Shown in pieces: positions 47,068 through 58,845 of a DNA stretch of 64,000 nt. The position numbers and the translations under genes are program-made. Each line of letters opens with the position of its first letter. Position 1 is the first letter of the stretch. The stretch spans positions 1,440,001-1,504,000 of the forward strand of contig CAXXKM010000001.1 in NCBI GenBank assembly GCA_963664435.2, written 5' to 3'. Under the pieces are notes generated by a model. The model saw only the letters and a list, made by a program, of their open reading frames with translations, was not told the origin of the DNA and searched no databases. This DNA is from Longimicrobiales bacterium (GTDB lineage Bacteria > Gemmatimonadota > Gemmatimonadetes > Longimicrobiales > Gaopeijiaceae).

Positions 47068-47450
47068 CGTTTCTTCTCGACACCCACCTGCTGCTCTATG
47101 CCGCGGGCATGCCCGAGCGGCTTCCAAGCGTCGCGCGCACCCTTCTGGAGAATCCCGAATCGGACCTCGTGTTCAGCGCCGGATCCCTCTGGGAGGTGGC
47201 GATCAAGAACGGGCTGGGGCGCGAGGACTACCGCGTCGATCCGCGCCTCCTGCGACGGGGACTGCTCGAGAACGGGTACACGGAACTCCCCGTCGCCAGC
47301 TCCCACGCCGTGGCGGCGGACCTGCTGCCTCCGGTCAACAGCGATCCCTTCGACCGCATCCTGGTGGCGCAGGCGCAGATCGAAGGGCTGACCCTGCTTA
47401 CGCTCGATCCGCTGATCGGGCGCTATCCGGGACCGATTCGGCTGCTCTGA
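47064..47450 (+). CDS. vapC: PIN-domain (VapC-like) toxin
   Basis: LLDTH, SLWEVAIK, DPFDRILVAQA, LLTLD. Confidence 0.92.
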   Translation: MTFLLDTHLLLYAAGMPERLPSVARTLLENPESDLVFSAGSLWEVAIKNGLGREDYRVDPRLLRRGLLENGYTELPVASSHAVAADLLPPVNSDPFDRILVAQAQIEGLTLLTLDPLIGRYPGPIRLL

Positions 47451-47533
47451 CCCTTGAGCGGAAGGGACGGTCCGGGGCACGGGCACCCGCCGCGGCCCGA
47501 TGAGCCTGACGAAGGCGGAATGAGCCCCGACCC

Positions 47534-48769
47534 TCAGCGCGGCTCCCGCAACTCCGCCGGCAGCCGGGCCAGGAAGGGCTGCTGAACCCCGAGGCTGTCC
47601 TCGCGCACGCCCAGGATGGTATCGCCGCGAATGTCGAAGACATCGGCCGGGGCACCCAGGTCCAGTACGCCCAGGTAGTCGCCGTCGAAGGTGAAGACGT
47701 CCCACAGCGGGCCGCCGAAGCCCGATGGTCCCCGGTTGACGTAGGTGATGCGCTGATCCAGCGTCTCGACGGACCGGACGCGCTGGACGAGGATGAGCTC
47801 CGCGCCGACCTCTATGTCGGCTACCGCCGGCAGCCGCTCGGGCAGGCGCACCCGGGTGCGCAGATCCGGAGGGGTTTCGCTCGGGTCCATGCCCCGGGCG
47901 ACGATGCCGAGGAGGATCTCCTGCTGTTCCTCATCCAGCAGTTCCTCGTCGCGGTCCCATGAGATCCTGCGCACGGGATCGCCGCGCCGGAAGAGGGTGA
48001 CCCACGGCTCGGACATCCAGCCGGCGACGACCTCGTCCGGCTCGCGTGTGGACCAGACGATCATGTCCCCCCAGACCGGAAAGCGCCTGTCCACGGGACT
48101 GACCGGCGACCGCACCACGAACACGGCCAGGGTGTCGAGCAGCGCGCCGGTGACGGCTCTGTGCGCGAGCACATGCCACGGGGCTGCTGCGGACCAGAGG
48201 TGCACGGCGAGCGTCGTGTCGCTGGCGGCCCGCCATTCCGGCATGTACGTCTGCAGGATGTCCCACCGGTGCGATTCGAGGAGGCTGCCGTCCCGGTCGA
48301 AGATGCTCACGGTCTGGTTGATGGCGTCGGGCAGGAGCAGGCGTCCCGCGCCGATGCCGACCAGCCCCACCGTGGCATCGCCGCTGATCTCGCCCGGTCC
48401 GGAACCCCTGCGGCTGATGCGGCGGATGAAGGAGCCGTCCGGAGCAAACTGCCGCACCTCGGCCGCTTCCCGGTCGAGGACGGCAATCGTACCGTCATCC
48501 AGCAACTCGACCCCGGCCACCTCGGCGAAGAGCATCTCGGGAGGACCCTCCATGTCCCCGATGGCGATGATGTACTCCGCCGGATAGACAGGTCGGCCGT
48601 AGTCGACCAGCCGGCCGTGGCGCACGAACTCGACGCCGACGCTGTCCCGGACGATGGGCGCGGGGCCGACCTCTGCAGGGGCGCATCCCGTGGCGAGTCC
48701 CATGAAGAGCGTGGCAACGGCGATGCACGCCCGGGCACATGACCGCGGGTGCGAAAGTGGAAGGGTCAC
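47534..48769 (-). CDS. 6-bladed beta-propeller lipoprotein
   Basis: LATGC lipobox; IVRDSVGV, RRGSGPGE, WDVFTFDGDYLG, EDSLGVQ motifs. Confidence 0.8.
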   Translation of the reverse strand: MTLPLSHPRSCARACIAVATLFMGLATGCAPAEVGPAPIVRDSVGVEFVRHGRLVDYGRPVYPAEYIIAIGDMEGPPEMLFAEVAGVELLDDGTIAVLDREAAEVRQFAPDGSFIRRISRRGSGPGEISGDATVGLVGIGAGRLLLPDAINQTVSIFDRDGSLLESHRWDILQTYMPEWRAASDTTLAVHLWSAAAPWHVLAHRAVTGALLDTLAVFVVRSPVSPVDRRFPVWGDMIVWSTREPDEVVAGWMSEPWVTLFRRGDPVRRISWDRDEELLDEEQQEILLGIVARGMDPSETPPDLRTRVRLPERLPAVADIEVGAELILVQRVRSVETLDQRITYVNRGPSGFGGPLWDVFTFDGDYLGVLDLGAPADVFDIRGDTILGVREDSLGVQQPFLARLPAELREPR

Positions 48770-48827
48770 GTTTCGATCGCCCGGTCCCTAGTTGGAGATG
48801 ATTCTTCCTGGCGAGCCGCAGCGGGGC

Positions 48828-50015
48828 TCAGAATCGGATCGGGGTCCGCCACACCAGGTTGAGCTGGTCGTCGGCAATGAAGAGGAAGCCGAGGTCGGAG
48901 GCAAGGCCCGCCGGAGCAGCCAGCGCGGTCTCACCGGCCTCCAGCCCGGAGCCATTGTAGTCCGACGCGCCGTTGCCGGCGAACGTGCGAATGACTCCGG
49001 TGGCGGTATCGACGGCGCGAACCCGGCGATTCCCGCGGTCGGCGATGAAGAGCGTCGCTCCGCCGTCGACGGCCACGACGGTTTCCGGGAAGGCGAGCCT
49101 TGCACGGACGGCCGGTCCGCCGTCGCCGGTGAAGCCCGGTGTCCCGGAGCCGGCGACCGCGGCGATGATGCCCGTTTCCAGGTCGACTGCCCGGACGCGC
49201 TGGTCGGCCGCATCGGCGATGTAGAGACGTCCTCCCGCGACCGCCAGCCCGCGAGGTGCTCGCAGGCGGGCCCCGGTGGCGAGCCCGCCGTCACCGGAGC
49301 TGCCCGCGCGTCCGTTTCCCACGGCCGGGGAGAGGGTACCGTCCCGGCCGATGCGCCACACGCGCCGCTCGGGCCAGTCGCTCACGAACACGTCACCCGT
49401 CCCGGACACCGCCACGCCGGCGGGCTCCGCGAAGCGCGCCTCGGTGGCCGGCACGCCGCTTGCCGGAGGCACGCCTCCGGGGTCGCCGGCCACCACGGAG
49501 ACCGCTCCATCGCCAACCGCACCCGGCGTCACCCTGAAGATCCTGCCCGCCTGGCCGTCCGCCACCAGCAGGGTGCCGTCGGGGCCGAGCGCGAGCCCTT
49601 CGGGACGTCGCATGCAGGCGGCCGGACCCGTGCATGTGCGGTGATCCACCAGGGTGGCCACATCGCCGTCGGCGTACACTGCCAGGATGCGGGCCGCGAG
49701 GCGGTCGGCGATGTAGAGCGTCCCGTCGGCGCCCAACGCCAGGCCGCGCGGCGAGGACAGATCGAGGTCGGTGGCGGGCACGCGCGCCGCGGGCTCGAGG
49801 TCGTCGGGCGTCCCGGCCACGACCCGCATGACGCCGGGCGCGTCCCCGAGAATCACGATCGGATCGCCGCACCCTGCAAGCGCGGCCGCCAGCACCAGTG
49901 CGAGCCCGCCAACCGTCGCGCCTCCTCCTCCGGGCCCAACGAGCCCGCCGCCCGTCGCAGCTCCTCCTCCGGGCCCAACAAGCCTCCCGCTGCCAGCGGC
50001 CCATCCGACGATCAC
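48828..50015 (-). CDS. NHL-repeat lipoprotein (teneurin-like NHL propeller)
   Basis: ALAGC lipobox; repeated PxGLA...LYIAD...RVR and GDGGxAxxAxL motifs. Confidence 0.85.
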   Translation of the reverse strand: MIVGWAAGSGRLVGPGGGAATGGGLVGPGGGGATVGGLALVLAAALAGCGDPIVILGDAPGVMRVVAGTPDDLEPAARVPATDLDLSSPRGLALGADGTLYIADRLAARILAVYADGDVATLVDHRTCTGPAACMRRPEGLALGPDGTLLVADGQAGRIFRVTPGAVGDGAVSVVAGDPGGVPPASGVPATEARFAEPAGVAVSGTGDVFVSDWPERRVWRIGRDGTLSPAVGNGRAGSSGDGGLATGARLRAPRGLAVAGGRLYIADAADQRVRAVDLETGIIAAVAGSGTPGFTGDGGPAVRARLAFPETVVAVDGGATLFIADRGNRRVRAVDTATGVIRTFAGNGASDYNGSGLEAGETALAAPAGLASDLGFLFIADDQLNLVWRTPIRF

Positions 50016-51190
50016 GATCCTCCTCCCTCAAACGGGACGACCCAGAGGTCGTGCTTCCCGCCGCTCAACAACCGGACGTACGCCAACCGGCCCCCATCGG
50101 GGGAAATCGCTGGCTCGCGGGCGCCCTCGGTGCCGGGAACCGGAGTCGCCGCCCCCCCTCCTGCGGAAACCGTCCACAGACGCCCGTCCCGCCGGAAGAC
50201 CAGCCGGCCCGAGTCGGGCGTCCAGGCGGGCTCCTCTCCTGACCCCAGTTCGCGAATCTCCGAACCATCCGGCCGCACCAGTGCGATCCTGCGATCCCTG
50301 ATTTCGTAGTCCACCCGCTCCTGCCGGCAGACCGGGCCCAGAAACCCCGAGTGGGTGCAGCTCGCGGCAATCGGGTCACCCCGAACCAGCCTTGTGAACG
50401 CGATCCACTCGCCGTTTGGCGACCACGCGGGAGAAACGCCGCCGTCGGTGCCGGGCACCGCTTCCGCCTGGGGGGAGGCGGGGTCCCAGAGGAGTACCCG
50501 GAGCCCGTCGCTGAATGCGACACGAGTCCCGCCCGGGTGCCAATCGGGCCGGAAGAGGGGTGGATTCTCCTCGTGGAACAGGCGCTGGAAAGGGTAGTAG
50601 CGGATGCGGAAGAAGCCCGGCAGAAACGGATCGCCGCGCACAGGTACGAACTCGCGTCCCTCGAGCGGCACCACCAGCGAGCGTTCGGGTTCCGGCGAGC
50701 CTCCTCCTTCCCGATCCATGAGGTGAAGCCGGATCTCGCCCAGGCGTGAGGCGATCGGCTGAGCGCCGGAGGGATCGCAAACCACGGCGATCGCCGGACA
50801 AAGCTGACCGTCGGCCACGGCCCATATCTCCACGTAGGCTGCCCGGTCTCCGGCGGGGGACGGCGCCGGGCTGGTCAGCCAGCGTGACGGGCCACCGGGA
50901 AACTGGAACGCCGGGAGCAGTGCCTCCGCGGCCCCGCCCGTCGCCGCGATCTTCATCAGGACGCCCCGACCTTCCGCGAAAGGCGCGAGACCCTCCGCCG
51001 CATACGCCAGCGAGTCGGGCCCGAGCCAGACCGGCGTTCGCTCGTCGAGGGCGGAGAAGGTGAGCTGGCGCGGCCCCTCCACTTCGAGCGTCGGACGATC
51101 CGCCGAGTCGAATGGAGCCGTGGCTTCCCTGCAGCCAAGAGCGCACAGGGCCCCCAGCGCCATCCACGCGCCTCGACGCATCCGCATCAT
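50012..51190 (-). CDS. TolB-like / PD40-repeat lipoprotein
   Basis: CALGC lipobox; SPAWSPNGEWIAF, PAWTPDSGRLVF, PAISPDGGRLAY. Confidence 0.82.
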   Translation of the reverse strand: MMRMRRGAWMALGALCALGCREATAPFDSADRPTLEVEGPRQLTFSALDERTPVWLGPDSLAYAAEGLAPFAEGRGVLMKIAATGGAAEALLPAFQFPGGPSRWLTSPAPSPAGDRAAYVEIWAVADGQLCPAIAVVCDPSGAQPIASRLGEIRLHLMDREGGGSPEPERSLVVPLEGREFVPVRGDPFLPGFFRIRYYPFQRLFHEENPPLFRPDWHPGGTRVAFSDGLRVLLWDPASPQAEAVPGTDGGVSPAWSPNGEWIAFTRLVRGDPIAASCTHSGFLGPVCRQERVDYEIRDRRIALVRPDGSEIRELGSGEEPAWTPDSGRLVFRRDGRLWTVSAGGGAATPVPGTEGAREPAISPDGGRLAYVRLLSGGKHDLWVVPFEGGGS

Positions 51191-54099
51191 CGGAAGGCCA
51201 CCTCGACACCCAGTCTCAGCTGAAGGGGCTCGTCGTAGAACAACGACGGATCCATGCGGTCCAGGGCCGCCGCCAACCGTACCGTTCGATACTCCAGATC
51301 GGTGATGCGGCCGTTGCCGTCCAGATCCGCGAGCGCGCTGTAGCGCGGCGACTCCCGCGGGATGGAGCCGCCCGGGGCGCCCCGCGCCAATTCGAGAACC
51401 GTCGACGCGGGGGGCGCAATCGTGCCGGTGTCACGGCGGAGCGCCAGGACGTTGTCACGGTCGAGGAGGTTGCGGCCGTCAACCACGATCCGCCAGCGGC
51501 AGTCTGAACAAACGGGCAGGTCGCCGAGTTCGAGCGTGGCTCGCAGGTCAAGCTGCACGATCCAGGGCAGGAAGCGGTCGAGATCGCGGCGTTCGCCCTC
51601 GCGCTCCGGAGCCAGGAGCTCGCGGTCCAGCGGATAACCGCTCTTCGCCACGGTGGCGAGAGCGATGCCCCAGCGGCGGTCGCCCTCCCCGGCCGCACGA
51701 CCCGCGAAGACGGCCAGGTTCGCGGAGTGCCTCCGGTCGAACGCAAGAGGAAACTCCTCCCGAGGCGCGTCGAGTTCCTCGATCTGGGCGTCGAGGGCCG
51801 TCGAGACCACGCCCACCGCCTTCTGAAGCGAGTAACCCAGACGGAGGCGCAGCAACGGCCACCGAGCCCGCACCGACATCTCCGCGCCCCGGACCGTCCC
51901 GAAGTCCCCTCCCGTGAACTGGCCCTTCCCGAACCCGCCGAACCGCAGGCTGCCGGTCACGAGATTGTTCAACTCCTTTCGAAATCCGACCACGGAGACG
52001 CCCGCGCTCTCACCGATCTGATGAGTCATCCCGAACTCGAGGCTGGTCCCCTTCTCGAATGCCAGATCCGGGTTGCCCTGGCGGCGAATGTCGGTTCGCA
52101 GCGAATCGCCGAGCGTGGTGTCGAGGAAGAAGCGGAAGTCGGGAGGCTGCGCGACCTGGCTGTAGTTGAAGCGGAAGGCCAGCCGGCCCTCCGTCCCCGG
52201 AACGGGCCCCGACACGCCGATGCGCGGGGCGATTCCGATCTTCCAGCCCGCGCGCGCCCCCGGTGCAAGGAAATCCACCCGGTGGTGCCGGTAATCGAGG
52301 CCCGCCCGGAAGGCGTCGATCCTGCCTCCGAAGGTGAGGGTGATCTCGTCCTCGGCGGCGAGGCGCGCGTCCACGAAGGCGCTCACCGAACCTGGATAGA
52401 AGAGGGCGTAGCTGGGCGAGGATCCGGCCAGGAAGCTTCTTGCCCGCTCGTAGGATTCGACGCGATAGAGCTTGGTCCCGGCTCCCGCGCCGAGGACGTG
52501 ACCCGCGGATGACAGCAGCTCGGCGAACAGGTCGGCGCCGACAAACTCGGTGCGCGCCCAGTTGGCGATGCCCGGGGTTCCCTCGGTGAAGAAGATGCCC
52601 TCCGCGGCCGGCCCGAAGGGAGATCCGACGGAGCCGCCGGGAAGAGCGTATCCGGGCACGGGAGTCCCGGACCTCAACTGGTCCTGTACCGGGCTGCGCA
52701 CGAACGCCTCGCCCAGAAAGGAAAGGCCGGCAGGTCCGAACCCCGCGAGGGTGCGGCGGCCCGCCCGGGAGTCCGGGTCGACCACTCCCAGGTAGCGGTC
52801 AAGCCGCATGGCGGAGCCCCGCACCGTAACATGCGCGCCCCCTCCGAGCCCCTGCCGGGACCAATCCAGCGATGCGGCGGCGAGCGTGCCGTCCGTCCGT
52901 TGCCCGAGCTGATGGTCGCGGTTGTACTTGAACTCGGAGGTATACAGCCCGGATTGCGCCCGGTTGTGCAGGAGCGTGGTCGTAAGGGCCAGGCCGTCGG
53001 CGATCGGCCGGTCGATGCGCGCGAACGCCAGCAGCTTGTCGCCGGCCTGGTGGGGGAAGGCGGCCGCCGTATAGGGACAGGCCAGCCCCGCGGTGGCCGG
53101 ATCTCCCGTCACCCGGTCGACGAGCGCGTCCATCTCGGCATCGCCGTCGCCCGGCCGGAGGCAGGTCAGGCCGCGCGCGCGCGGCTCCGCATCCAGCATG
53201 CCCTGCGCGAGCACGCTCGCGAACACAACCGATCCCCGTCCGAGCACCGGCGCCGGTCCGCCTCCGGAAACCGTGAGCGCCGTGAATCCCCGGAAGAACT
53301 GCTCCGGCGCCCAGTGGTCGGTGCGCACGGCCGCCGTCCCCCGCCAACGCTCCGGATCTCCACGCCTTGTCGTGTAGTGCACCACCCCCGAGAGCGCCGA
53401 TCCGAAGCGGGCTCCAAGTCCCCCGGTCACCACCTCGATCTCCTCGAGAGCGTCGGAGGGGTGCTCCAGCGCGGGACCCTGGGACGACGCCTCGAACTGG
53501 TTCTTGAACTCCAGCCCGTCGACCACGTAGGCTTCCTGTCCGATGCGCCCGCCGCGGAAGTGGCCATCGCTGACCCCCGGCGCCAGCTCGATGGCCTGGG
53601 AGACCTCGTCGATCGGCAGCTCGCGCAGCTCCCTCGCCTGGATCAGCTCGTGGGTTGCGCTCACCTCCGGCTCCACCAGGCGGACGCGCTCGACCTCGAC
53701 CCGGACTTCGTCGAGTTCCAGGGCCTCGAGCTCGAGCTCGACGAGGACGCGGGCAGGCTGTCCCGGCCGCACGCGGACGCCCTCGAGGGTCGTGGTGGTG
53801 TAGCCGAGCAGCGAGACGGTCACCGACCGGTCGCCAAAAGGCACCGCCACCAGGATGAAGCGGCCATCGGGCGCGGAAGAGGTCCGGAGCTCCGTGCCCT
53901 CGACGGTGAAGAGCGCATCCTGGAGCGCTTCGCCGGTGGATGCGTCGACGACGCGCCCGAAGATGCTTCCAGCGTTCTGCGCCGCCGCCCGCCCCGGCAG
54001 CGCGAGGATGCCGGCGACGCCGCAGATTCCGATCAGCCGGGCGATCCGGCGGCCGTACGCGGCCCGCTCAGTTGCGAAAAACGCGTGTCGACGGATCAA
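51187..54099 (-). CDS. TonB-dependent receptor
   Basis: Signal peptide, carboxypeptidase-regulatory-like domain, plug (HFRGGR...YVVDG, EIEVVTGG...SGVV), NPDLAFEK, C-terminal RLGVEVAF; TTG start overlaps the coxE stop. Confidence 0.88.
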   Translation of the reverse strand: MIRRHAFFATERAAYGRRIARLIGICGVAGILALPGRAAAQNAGSIFGRVVDASTGEALQDALFTVEGTELRTSSAPDGRFILVAVPFGDRSVTVSLLGYTTTTLEGVRVRPGQPARVLVELELEALELDEVRVEVERVRLVEPEVSATHELIQARELRELPIDEVSQAIELAPGVSDGHFRGGRIGQEAYVVDGLEFKNQFEASSQGPALEHPSDALEEIEVVTGGLGARFGSALSGVVHYTTRRGDPERWRGTAAVRTDHWAPEQFFRGFTALTVSGGGPAPVLGRGSVVFASVLAQGMLDAEPRARGLTCLRPGDGDAEMDALVDRVTGDPATAGLACPYTAAAFPHQAGDKLLAFARIDRPIADGLALTTTLLHNRAQSGLYTSEFKYNRDHQLGQRTDGTLAAASLDWSRQGLGGGAHVTVRGSAMRLDRYLGVVDPDSRAGRRTLAGFGPAGLSFLGEAFVRSPVQDQLRSGTPVPGYALPGGSVGSPFGPAAEGIFFTEGTPGIANWARTEFVGADLFAELLSSAGHVLGAGAGTKLYRVESYERARSFLAGSSPSYALFYPGSVSAFVDARLAAEDEITLTFGGRIDAFRAGLDYRHHRVDFLAPGARAGWKIGIAPRIGVSGPVPGTEGRLAFRFNYSQVAQPPDFRFFLDTTLGDSLRTDIRRQGNPDLAFEKGTSLEFGMTHQIGESAGVSVVGFRKELNNLVTGSLRFGGFGKGQFTGGDFGTVRGAEMSVRARWPLLRLRLGYSLQKAVGVVSTALDAQIEELDAPREEFPLAFDRRHSANLAVFAGRAAGEGDRRWGIALATVAKSGYPLDRELLAPEREGERRDLDRFLPWIVQLDLRATLELGDLPVCSDCRWRIVVDGRNLLDRDNVLALRRDTGTIAPPASTVLELARGAPGGSIPRESPRYSALADLDGNGRITDLEYRTVRLAAALDRMDPSLFYDEPLQLRLGVEVAFR

Positions 54100-55274
54100 G
54101 GGACGGGTGCATGCCCCAACGCTCTCGCCAGGGCCTCCACGCTCGCCAGGTCATGCACCGGCCGATGCTCGTCCACTTCGGGCAGGAGCGCCCGGATGCC
54201 CGCGGCCCGGGGCGCGAACTTCTCGAAGCGCAGCAGCGGATTGAGCCAGATCAGCCGCCGGCACGACTTCCTCAGCCGCCGGGCCTCGAAGGCGATCCCG
54301 CTGGCCCCCTCCCGGTCGAGCCCATCGGTCACCAGCAGCACCACCGTGCCCTCCGCCAGCAGGCGCCGGGACCAGTGCAGGTTGAAGGCCCGCAGCGCCG
54401 CCCCGATGCGCGTGCCGCCGTACCAGTCGAGCACCGTCCGCCCCACGCGGTCCATCGCCCGGTCCACGTCCTGGTCTCGAAGCAGCCGCGTGACGTTTGT
54501 GAGCCGGGTGCCGAAGAGGAAGGTGTGGATGCGCTCGCCGGCATTGGTCAGCGTATGGAAGAAGTGCAGCAGGATGCGTGAATAGGTCTCCATCGACCCC
54601 GAGATGTCGCAGATGGCCACCAGCGTCGGGCGGCGCGTGGCGTGCGCGCGTCGCTTCAGGGACATGGGGTACCCGCCGGTGCGCAAGCTGGCGCGCAACG
54701 TGCGGCGCGCGTCGATCCCGGTGCCGTGGGGATCGGGGCGAAAGCGGCGCGTCGGGATCGGGCGCAGGTCCAGCTTCAGGTGGCGAAGCGCCTCTCTGGC
54801 CTGCCGGACCTCCGCCGCGGTCATCTGCTCGAAATCCTTGGTGCGCAGCACCTCCGACGGCGAGAAGGCCATGCGCACGGAGATCTCCTCGCCTTCCCGC
54901 GCGCGAACGGCTTCCGCGTACCCCGGGGCGGTTCCCGGCGACAGTCGGGCCGGGGCCCGCTCGCCCGCCTCGCCCTCGCCCATGCGCGACGTGGAGAGCA
55001 GCGCCTGCAGGGCCTCGTCCCGCCCCAGCGGATCCCGCCAGAAGAGACGAAAGGCGCTGTCGAAGATGGCGCGCTGTTCCGGCGCCGAGACCAGGGTGCC
55101 GTGCAGCGCCCAGTAGAACTGGCTCCGTTCGGCGGTGTCGACGGCTCCCAGTGCACGCGCTGCGGAGATGGTGTGACCGGGACCCACCGGCATGCCGGCC
55201 GCGCGCAGCATGCGCACGAAACGGGCGACGTTGTCGGCGAGCCTGCCGGTGGGGTCGGTGGGCTGTCGGCGCAT
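54096..55274 (-). CDS. coxE: CoxE-like VWA domain protein
   Basis: CDISGSMETYSR, FLFGTRL, DWYGGTRIG, VTDGLDR, IWLNPLL. Confidence 0.9.
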   Translation of the reverse strand: MRRQPTDPTGRLADNVARFVRMLRAAGMPVGPGHTISAARALGAVDTAERSQFYWALHGTLVSAPEQRAIFDSAFRLFWRDPLGRDEALQALLSTSRMGEGEAGERAPARLSPGTAPGYAEAVRAREGEEISVRMAFSPSEVLRTKDFEQMTAAEVRQAREALRHLKLDLRPIPTRRFRPDPHGTGIDARRTLRASLRTGGYPMSLKRRAHATRRPTLVAICDISGSMETYSRILLHFFHTLTNAGERIHTFLFGTRLTNVTRLLRDQDVDRAMDRVGRTVLDWYGGTRIGAALRAFNLHWSRRLLAEGTVVLLVTDGLDREGASGIAFEARRLRKSCRRLIWLNPLLRFEKFAPRAAGIRALLPEVDEHRPVHDLASVEALARALGHAPVP

Positions 55275-55423
55275 ACGCGGCGGTGGCTTGCCGGTGAAGG
55301 ATGGGTGGACGGCTGACCAGGCGTGAGGATTCTCTTCCCGGCTTCCGGAGGCGCCGCGCGAATCTAGAGGATGTACCTCATCTCGAGCGAGGCCGCGCTC
55401 GGACGTGTGTACCCGAACGCAGT

Positions 55424-55849
55424 CTAGAGATAGATGACCTCCAGGTGATCGAACCGCTCAAAGTCACGGTCGTTCGTCAGAAGCCGTCCGATGCCGTGTT
55501 CCGTGCACAGTGCCGCCAGTTGCGCATCGAACATCAGATTGCCTCGCGCGTCGGCGCGGCGAGCGGTCTCGCCCAACAGCGCGAGATAATCCGTCCCGGG
55601 ATGGAGGACACGGCATGTGGGGGATGCAACCACGTTTTCGATGAAGCCGAACGCCTTTTCGATCGTCGAGGGCGGGTTGAATACCCTTCGATGGGTCACC
55701 ACACGCGAGAACTCCGCGATGCAGAAGACCGGTAGCCCCCAGGGCCCGGTTCCCTCCGCGAGTTCGGTCAGTCTCGTGGCCGCGGATTCGTGAAGGGTGG
55801 TTTCGGCGCGGTGCGCGTAGATCAGGATGTTGGTATCGATGGCGATCAT
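55424..55849 (-). CDS. vapC: PIN-domain VapC toxin
   Basis: MIAIDTNILIYA, EFSRVVTH, GNLMFDAQLAA, LTNDRDF. Confidence 0.92.
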   Translation of the reverse strand: MIAIDTNILIYAHRAETTLHESAATRLTELAEGTGPWGLPVFCIAEFSRVVTHRRVFNPPSTIEKAFGFIENVVASPTCRVLHPGTDYLALLGETARRADARGNLMFDAQLAALCTEHGIGRLLTNDRDFERFDHLEVIYL

Positions 55850-56079
55850 GCGTGGTCGATCACGTCATAGAGAGCCTCGCGGTCGGAGACGTCGACGTTC
55901 GGCGGCGCGTGTCCACGAACGGTCTCAAGCACCAGCTTGAAGGCCGGTTTGCGGCAATCCTCCATCAGCCTGGTCCGCAGCGCATCCTCCACGAAGCGCG
56001 TCAGCGTTGTGCCATCTCTCCTGGCACGACGCTTGGCCCGCCGCAGGATGTGGTCGTTCAGGTTGAGGGTCGTTTTCAT
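55846..56079 (-). CDS. VapB-type ribbon-helix-helix antitoxin
   Basis: MKTTLNLNDHILRRAKRRA...TLTRFVEDALR; ATGA overlap with the toxin gene. Confidence 0.85.
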   Translation of the reverse strand: MKTTLNLNDHILRRAKRRARRDGTTLTRFVEDALRTRLMEDCRKPAFKLVLETVRGHAPPNVDVSDREALYDVIDHA

Positions 56080-56101
56080 GAGATCGGCTCCCCTGAGGAA
56101 G

Positions 56102-56118
56102 ATATGGGGCAACCATAT
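56102..56118. promoter_or_regulatory. Probable vapBC operator palindrome ATATGG-N5-CCATAT
   Basis: Inverted repeat about 23 nt upstream of the antitoxin start. Confidence 0.5.
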
Positions 56119-56203
56119 TGTAGAAGCCATACATCTGGGTCAGCAAGAAGACCTGGTCAGTCGTCGCGGCGCGTGAGCGCTGGGGGCAACGCCCAGTGGT
56201 GGA

Positions 56204-57844
<1,641 letters not shown>

Positions 57845-57852
57845 GGGCCAGC

Positions 57853-58749
57853 CTATCTCCCGAACGAGTACGAGAAATTGATGAGCGGGACGCAGCAACC
57901 GCCGTCGCCGCCGTCCGCGATGGCGCCCATGGCTCCGACCTCGGTGTTGAAGCGGTCTCCGATGATCCGAACTCCGCCCGACAGGACGACGCCCACCGCG
58001 TCGGGAAGGATGTAGTTCTCGGTGAGGAGCTTGATCCTGCGGCTGACCCGGGTTTCGCCCCCCACCATGAACGCCGGCTCGTTCAGGACCTCGTCTCCCG
58101 AATAGAAGTAGCCGATTCCCGCGGACAGGGCATCGTCCGTGTCTCCGAACGTGGCCACCCCGTAGGCGACCCCGACCACCTCGTCGTCGAAGAAGAAGGC
58201 GAGGGTTCCGATGGAGGCCTGTACCTCGGGGTGACGGAGAATCTGCACCTTCGGACCGAGGTAGAACGGCTCGAGCTCGCCGAAGAGAACGGGGGCCCCG
58301 CCAACGATCGTGAAACGGTCGGTCACTCCGACCGCGGCGAACGGCAGGACGACCACGTATGTGCCGACGTACGACTCCCCGCGTTCGAGCGAGCGCCCGG
58401 TCGAGGTGAAGAACAGCCGGGTAGCGCCGGGATCCTCGGTCCGGAATTCGCCGTCGACGACCTGTCCACGAGCCGGACGGATGCCCTCGATCCCGGTCCG
58501 TTCGACATCGAGGCGGGCACCGCCCACGGTCTCGAACACCACCCGCGCCTCGTCGAACTCCACGACGCGCGCGTAGATCACGGAGCCGTCCCCGAGCCGC
58601 ACCTCGTAGAGGGCGTCGCTCGGAGCGGGGATGTCCGGTGGCGTCTGGGCACGGGCCGCGGCGGGGAGTGCAGTCGTAACGACGATCAGGGAAGCAATGA
58701 GCAACAGCATCCGCCCCGGCAAGGCGGACGAAGGTCGTGGCAAGTGCAC
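57853..58749 (-). CDS. Secreted or outer-membrane hypothetical protein
   Basis: Signal ending ARA-Q; DPGATRLFFTSTGRSL; alternating beta-strand pattern ending FSYSF. Confidence 0.7.
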   Translation of the reverse strand: MHLPRPSSALPGRMLLLIASLIVVTTALPAAARAQTPPDIPAPSDALYEVRLGDGSVIYARVVEFDEARVVFETVGGARLDVERTGIEGIRPARGQVVDGEFRTEDPGATRLFFTSTGRSLERGESYVGTYVVVLPFAAVGVTDRFTIVGGAPVLFGELEPFYLGPKVQILRHPEVQASIGTLAFFFDDEVVGVAYGVATFGDTDDALSAGIGYFYSGDEVLNEPAFMVGGETRVSRRIKLLTENYILPDAVGVVLSGGVRIIGDRFNTEVGAMGAIADGGDGGCCVPLINFSYSFGR

Positions 58750-58845
58750 TTGTCTGGCTCCTTCGGGGCGTTCGGATGCGGCGAGTGCCGCGAGTGCCCT
58801 GCGGAATACCCTGCTCCGGCAGAAAAAGGGCCGACCCGGCCTGGC